A DNA stretch of 64,000 bases from an uncultured delta proteobacterium. GTDB taxonomy: Bacteria; Desulfobacterota; Desulfobacteria; Desulfobacterales; JAFDCJ01. Made by a program: the position numbers and the translations under genes. The stretch lies in NCBI GenBank assembly GCA_963769935.1, contig CAVYNY010000022.1:256001-320000 (forward strand), given 5' to 3'. The first letter of the stretch is position 1, and every line of letters begins with the position of its first letter. Below, piece after piece: positions 60,522-64,000 of this stretch. Under the pieces are notes generated by a model. That model worked only from the letters and a program-made list of their open reading frames with translations, was not told the origin of the DNA and made no database searches.

Positions 60522-61970
60522 ATGACTGCTGACCTTTCACTTCAAACCAAGGTGATCAGAGGCGGTTTCTGGATAAGCCTGGGCTATGCTGCGCAGCAAG
60601 GCCTGGCAGTTTTGAGGACATTTGTACTGGCCCGGCTGTTAACTCCGGAAGATTTCGGCGTTATCGGGCTGGCTGTTCTGATTCTCTTTGCCGGCAATAT
60701 CCTGACCGAGTTGAACATCGGCACTGCACTGATCCAGAATCCAAAGCCTTCCGAACGCTTTATCCATACCGCTTGGACTTTATCCCTTCTGCGAGGGGTT
60801 ATCCTGGCCGCCGGACTTGTCGCGCTGGCTCCCTGCCTTGCAGAAATACTGAGATACCAGGAATTGGTCCACTATTTGCGGGTCGGCGCCCTTAATTTTA
60901 TACTGGTCTCTATTCCGGCGGTACCGTTGTCACTTTTAATGCGGCATTTGGAATATAAAAATCGTGTGGTACTGGATATCGTTCGTGAAATGGTCACGGT
61001 CACGCTGTCCATTTTGCTCGCCCTATGGCTGCACAGTGCCTGGGCCCTGCTATTGGGACTTCTGGGAGGCCAATTTGTGGTCGCAGCCGGTATTTGGTTC
61101 ATTGTCGATTACAGGCCCCGCTGGGTGCTCGAGCGCAAATCGTTGAGTGAGCTCTGGAAATTTGGAATTCCTCTCTATATAAGCGGCCTGCTAACCTATT
61201 TAGTCACGCGGGGTGACGACCTGGTGGTCAGCAAATTAAAAGGCGTCACTGTGTTAGGTCAGTACCAGGTGGTGTTCTCCATCGCCGAAATGCTGACCCG
61301 CGGGCTAAGCGACGTAATCTCCAGGGTTGTCTTTCCCGCGTATTCGAGGATTGCCAGCGACAGGAGAGACTTGCAGGAGGGTTTTAGCGAGGTCTGGCAT
61401 GTTTTGGTGCTTTTGATTCTGCCTGTCGCCGGCATCATCGTCGTGTTTCCTTCCGAAATGATTTATATCCTGCTGGGCAGCCAATGGTTAAGTGCGGCAC
61501 CGGCCCTGATGCTTCTTATGGCTGGCGAATCGATACGCGCGATGTGCGTTCCCTTCGGAATTATCATCATCGCCAGCGGTAATACGGCAAACATGTCACG
61601 AATTAAATTAATAGAAGCAGTTGTATTCAGCCTACTCATATTTCCATTGACCTATCGGTGGGGCATTGCAGGCGCTGCGGCATGCCTGATCATCGTCTAC
61701 AGCTTTTCTCTGGCTGGATGCATTTACATGGCCAACCAGGTGGCCCGTATCTTACGCCCCTTGATTTACGGACTCGGAGAGCCTTTATTAATCACGATCA
61801 TCATCGCACTATTGGCCGGCCAAATTCCAAATCCTAATCCGTTGCTGACAGCAATTTCAGCGATGATCTGGGTTTTTTGCTGGGGCATTTACATAGTTGT
61901 CCGGCATGGCGAGCTGGTAGCCAAGATTTTTTCCGCTTTCAGACGAGATCTGGTATTCAACCAGGAGTAA
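60522..61970 (+). CDS. Polysaccharide flippase (Wzx/WzxC-like)
   Basis: LARLLTPEDFGVI, VVFPAYSR, many TM segments. Confidence 0.88.
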   Translation: MTADLSLQTKVIRGGFWISLGYAAQQGLAVLRTFVLARLLTPEDFGVIGLAVLILFAGNILTELNIGTALIQNPKPSERFIHTAWTLSLLRGVILAAGLVALAPCLAEILRYQELVHYLRVGALNFILVSIPAVPLSLLMRHLEYKNRVVLDIVREMVTVTLSILLALWLHSAWALLLGLLGGQFVVAAGIWFIVDYRPRWVLERKSLSELWKFGIPLYISGLLTYLVTRGDDLVVSKLKGVTVLGQYQVVFSIAEMLTRGLSDVISRVVFPAYSRIASDRRDLQEGFSEVWHVLVLLILPVAGIIVVFPSEMIYILLGSQWLSAAPALMLLMAGESIRAMCVPFGIIIIASGNTANMSRIKLIEAVVFSLLIFPLTYRWGIAGAAACLIIVYSFSLAGCIYMANQVARILRPLIYGLGEPLLITIIIALLAGQIPNPNPLLTAISAMIWVFCWGIYIVVRHGELVAKIFSAFRRDLVFNQE

Positions 61971-62027
61971 ACCAAATTGCTGAAGTTAAATTAGGGAACA
62001 CAACATCCAACCTGTCAAGAACTATCT

Positions 62028-63890
62028 ATGTGCGGAATTGCCGGAATAATCGCGCCGGACCTGTCGGCAGCTGAGCTGGAAGGTGCGGTGTTAAAAATGC
62101 GCGGGAGTCTTCGTCATCGGGGACCTGACGATGAAGGCTTATTTGCAGCTGATGGGGTTGCCATGGGGCACACCCGTTTGTCGATCATAGATATCGAGGG
62201 CGGCCATCAACCCCTTTCAAATGAAGATGAAACCATTCAACTCGTTTTCAATGGAGAGATATACAACTATAAAGCCTTGCGGCAAAAGTTGTCGTCACGG
62301 GGGCATCATCTGCGCAGCCAAAGCGATGGCGAAGTGATTGTTCACCTTTATGAGGATGAAGGCGAAAGCTGCCTGGAAAAATTGGAAGGTATGTTCGCCT
62401 TCGCTCTTTGGGATGGCCGCCAAAAAAAAATGCTCCTGGTGCGGGATCGGTTTGGCATAAAACCATTATATGCCGCGGTCGCTGACGGCAGGGTGTGCTT
62501 CGCTTCCGAGCTGACTGCCATTATTCACGGCGGTTTGATCAGGGCCGAAGTGGATCCACTGGCAATTTTTGCATACATGGCTTTTTCCTATGTACCGGGA
62601 CCCTTGAGCATATTAAAAGCCGTTCGAAAAGTTCAACCGGCCGAAAAGATCAAGGTGCAGGGAGGTGTCGTCAAAAATGACATTTATTGGAAACCCGGCA
62701 GGGTCCGTGTACCGCGAATCAAATCTCAGGCGGCCGAAGAGCTCCATCAGCGCCTGGAGGAGAGCGTATGTTCACACTTGATATCGGATGTGCCGGTTGC
62801 AGCCTTTTTATCCGGCGGGGTCGATTCATCAGCCATAGTGGCATTGGCACGGAAGCACATGGAATTGGAAACTTTTTGTGCTTCGTTCCTCCAGGCCGGC
62901 GTCGACGAGGCCCCGGTATCGCGGCGGGTAGCGCACCACTTGGGATCACGACACAGAGAGGTCAGCATAGCGATCGATCCCGCGGAGTTGATCGATGAAA
63001 GTATCAAGTTTATGGATGAACCCTTTGGGGATTCGTCGGCGCTTGCTACCTTCGCGCTGTGCCGTGAAGCGCGCAAAGTAGCCAAGGTTGTGCTTTCAGG
63101 CGACGGCGGCGATGAAGTTTTCGGCGGATATACCGGGCGTTACCGGGTCGCGGCCCTCAAAGCCGCTTTGCCCGTGCCCGGAGGCATCGCACGTGTTCTG
63201 CGCCAGCTTCCCCCCTGGCGCACCGGCCGGCGTCGCTCGCTTCCCGCAATGCTGGACCGGGCCGCTTTGTCAGATGAAGAGCGGTATGTTTTCGAAAGGC
63301 AGATTACTTCAGCGTCAGATCGCACCGCGCTATTTGGCCACAAACAGGCCTTTGAATTTGAACCCTATCTGCAGGTATCTGCAAAGCGGCCGCTTGCGCA
63401 ATGTGATCACAAGCACCCGGTCCACCGGGCACTTTGGCTGGATCTTTTAACTTCGCTGAGTGACGATATGCTGTTCAAAGTGGACCGCATGAGTATGGCG
63501 CATGGGTTGGAAGTGCGGGTCCCCTTTTTGGATCATCGACTGGTCGAGTTTGCGCTTTCGCTGCCGCCATCCTGGCTGGTGAGTCCGCTGCCGGTCGAAG
63601 GCAAACGGCTGCTAAGAAAGGTCGTGGCCCCCTATTTGCCCAGGAGTATTCTTAATCGGCCCAAACAGGGATTTGTCGTTCCCCTAAACGATTGGCTGAA
63701 GAATTCCCTGCTGGCAATGTTCGATACATTTTGCATGGATACTAGCTCCTGTCTCGCAGGGCTGCTTGACCGGAAAGCCTTGCAAATGTTGCGCCGCAGG
63801 GGCCTGGGCAATGCCCCCCGGCAAGATCTCTATGCGCTGGTCATACTCGAAATATGGCTGCGCCGGCTGCGCTCAATTCGAAATTCATGA
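62028..63890 (+). CDS. asnB: Asparagine synthase (glutamine-hydrolysing)-type amidotransferase
   Basis: MCGIAG, HRGPDD, FNGEIYN, LSGGVDSS, SGDGGDE, EVRVPFLD. Confidence 0.93.
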   Translation: MCGIAGIIAPDLSAAELEGAVLKMRGSLRHRGPDDEGLFAADGVAMGHTRLSIIDIEGGHQPLSNEDETIQLVFNGEIYNYKALRQKLSSRGHHLRSQSDGEVIVHLYEDEGESCLEKLEGMFAFALWDGRQKKMLLVRDRFGIKPLYAAVADGRVCFASELTAIIHGGLIRAEVDPLAIFAYMAFSYVPGPLSILKAVRKVQPAEKIKVQGGVVKNDIYWKPGRVRVPRIKSQAAEELHQRLEESVCSHLISDVPVAAFLSGGVDSSAIVALARKHMELETFCASFLQAGVDEAPVSRRVAHHLGSRHREVSIAIDPAELIDESIKFMDEPFGDSSALATFALCREARKVAKVVLSGDGGDEVFGGYTGRYRVAALKAALPVPGGIARVLRQLPPWRTGRRRSLPAMLDRAALSDEERYVFERQITSASDRTALFGHKQAFEFEPYLQVSAKRPLAQCDHKHPVHRALWLDLLTSLSDDMLFKVDRMSMAHGLEVRVPFLDHRLVEFALSLPPSWLVSPLPVEGKRLLRKVVAPYLPRSILNRPKQGFVVPLNDWLKNSLLAMFDTFCMDTSSCLAGLLDRKALQMLRRRGLGNAPRQDLYALVILEIWLRRLRSIRNS

Positions 63891-64000
63891 CGACCGGGCA
63901 AATTAAATCATTTTAAGAAATACCGGCCTGGATACCAGCTCTACTGGATCTTCGTTTAACTCACTATAATGCAGAACTATATCGGGAAAGTCAGGGACAG

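Noticed and set aside
63887..64000. Gene starting at the ATGA overlap after asnB
   Set aside because: Frame closes after nine codons and the window ends; cannot be supported

Overview
Core-chromosome segment of a sulfate-reducer-like deltaproteobacterium; Desulfobacterales is inferred from the Rnf/cytochrome c3 cluster, hppA, CarD and gene order. In order, it holds: the end of a sugar-modification cluster; a GAF-GAF-GGDEF cyclase; gdhA; a low-GC MNT-HEPN/SEC-C insert beside a truncated EamA gene; a nucleoside-type ABC transporter; an ABC-F ATPase; DUF1844-ispE-tRNA-Gln-prs-rplY-pth-hppA-carD-rluD; an atypical rnf cluster; a radical SAM gene; the dcw cluster (no murB or ddl); and the start of a polysaccharide locus. 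Four things stand out. (1) About 20 spacers carry mosaics of degenerate 7-, 8- and 9-bp tandem repeats from a shared vocabulary, with a strict left-arm/right-arm polarity. (2) These repeats and REP-like units have entered murE and murD in frame. (3) There are three 156-bp hairpin MITEs, two with exact TWA target duplications. (4) The Rnf variant has lost the RnfC and RnfD flavin motifs, has RnfB fused to a GltD/NfnB-like NADPH module, and encodes a tetraheme c3, which suggests rerouted electron flow. Several frameshifts (ftsZ, ftsA, radical SAM, two glycosyltransferases) look like assembly indels. All calls were made by eye, without database searches.
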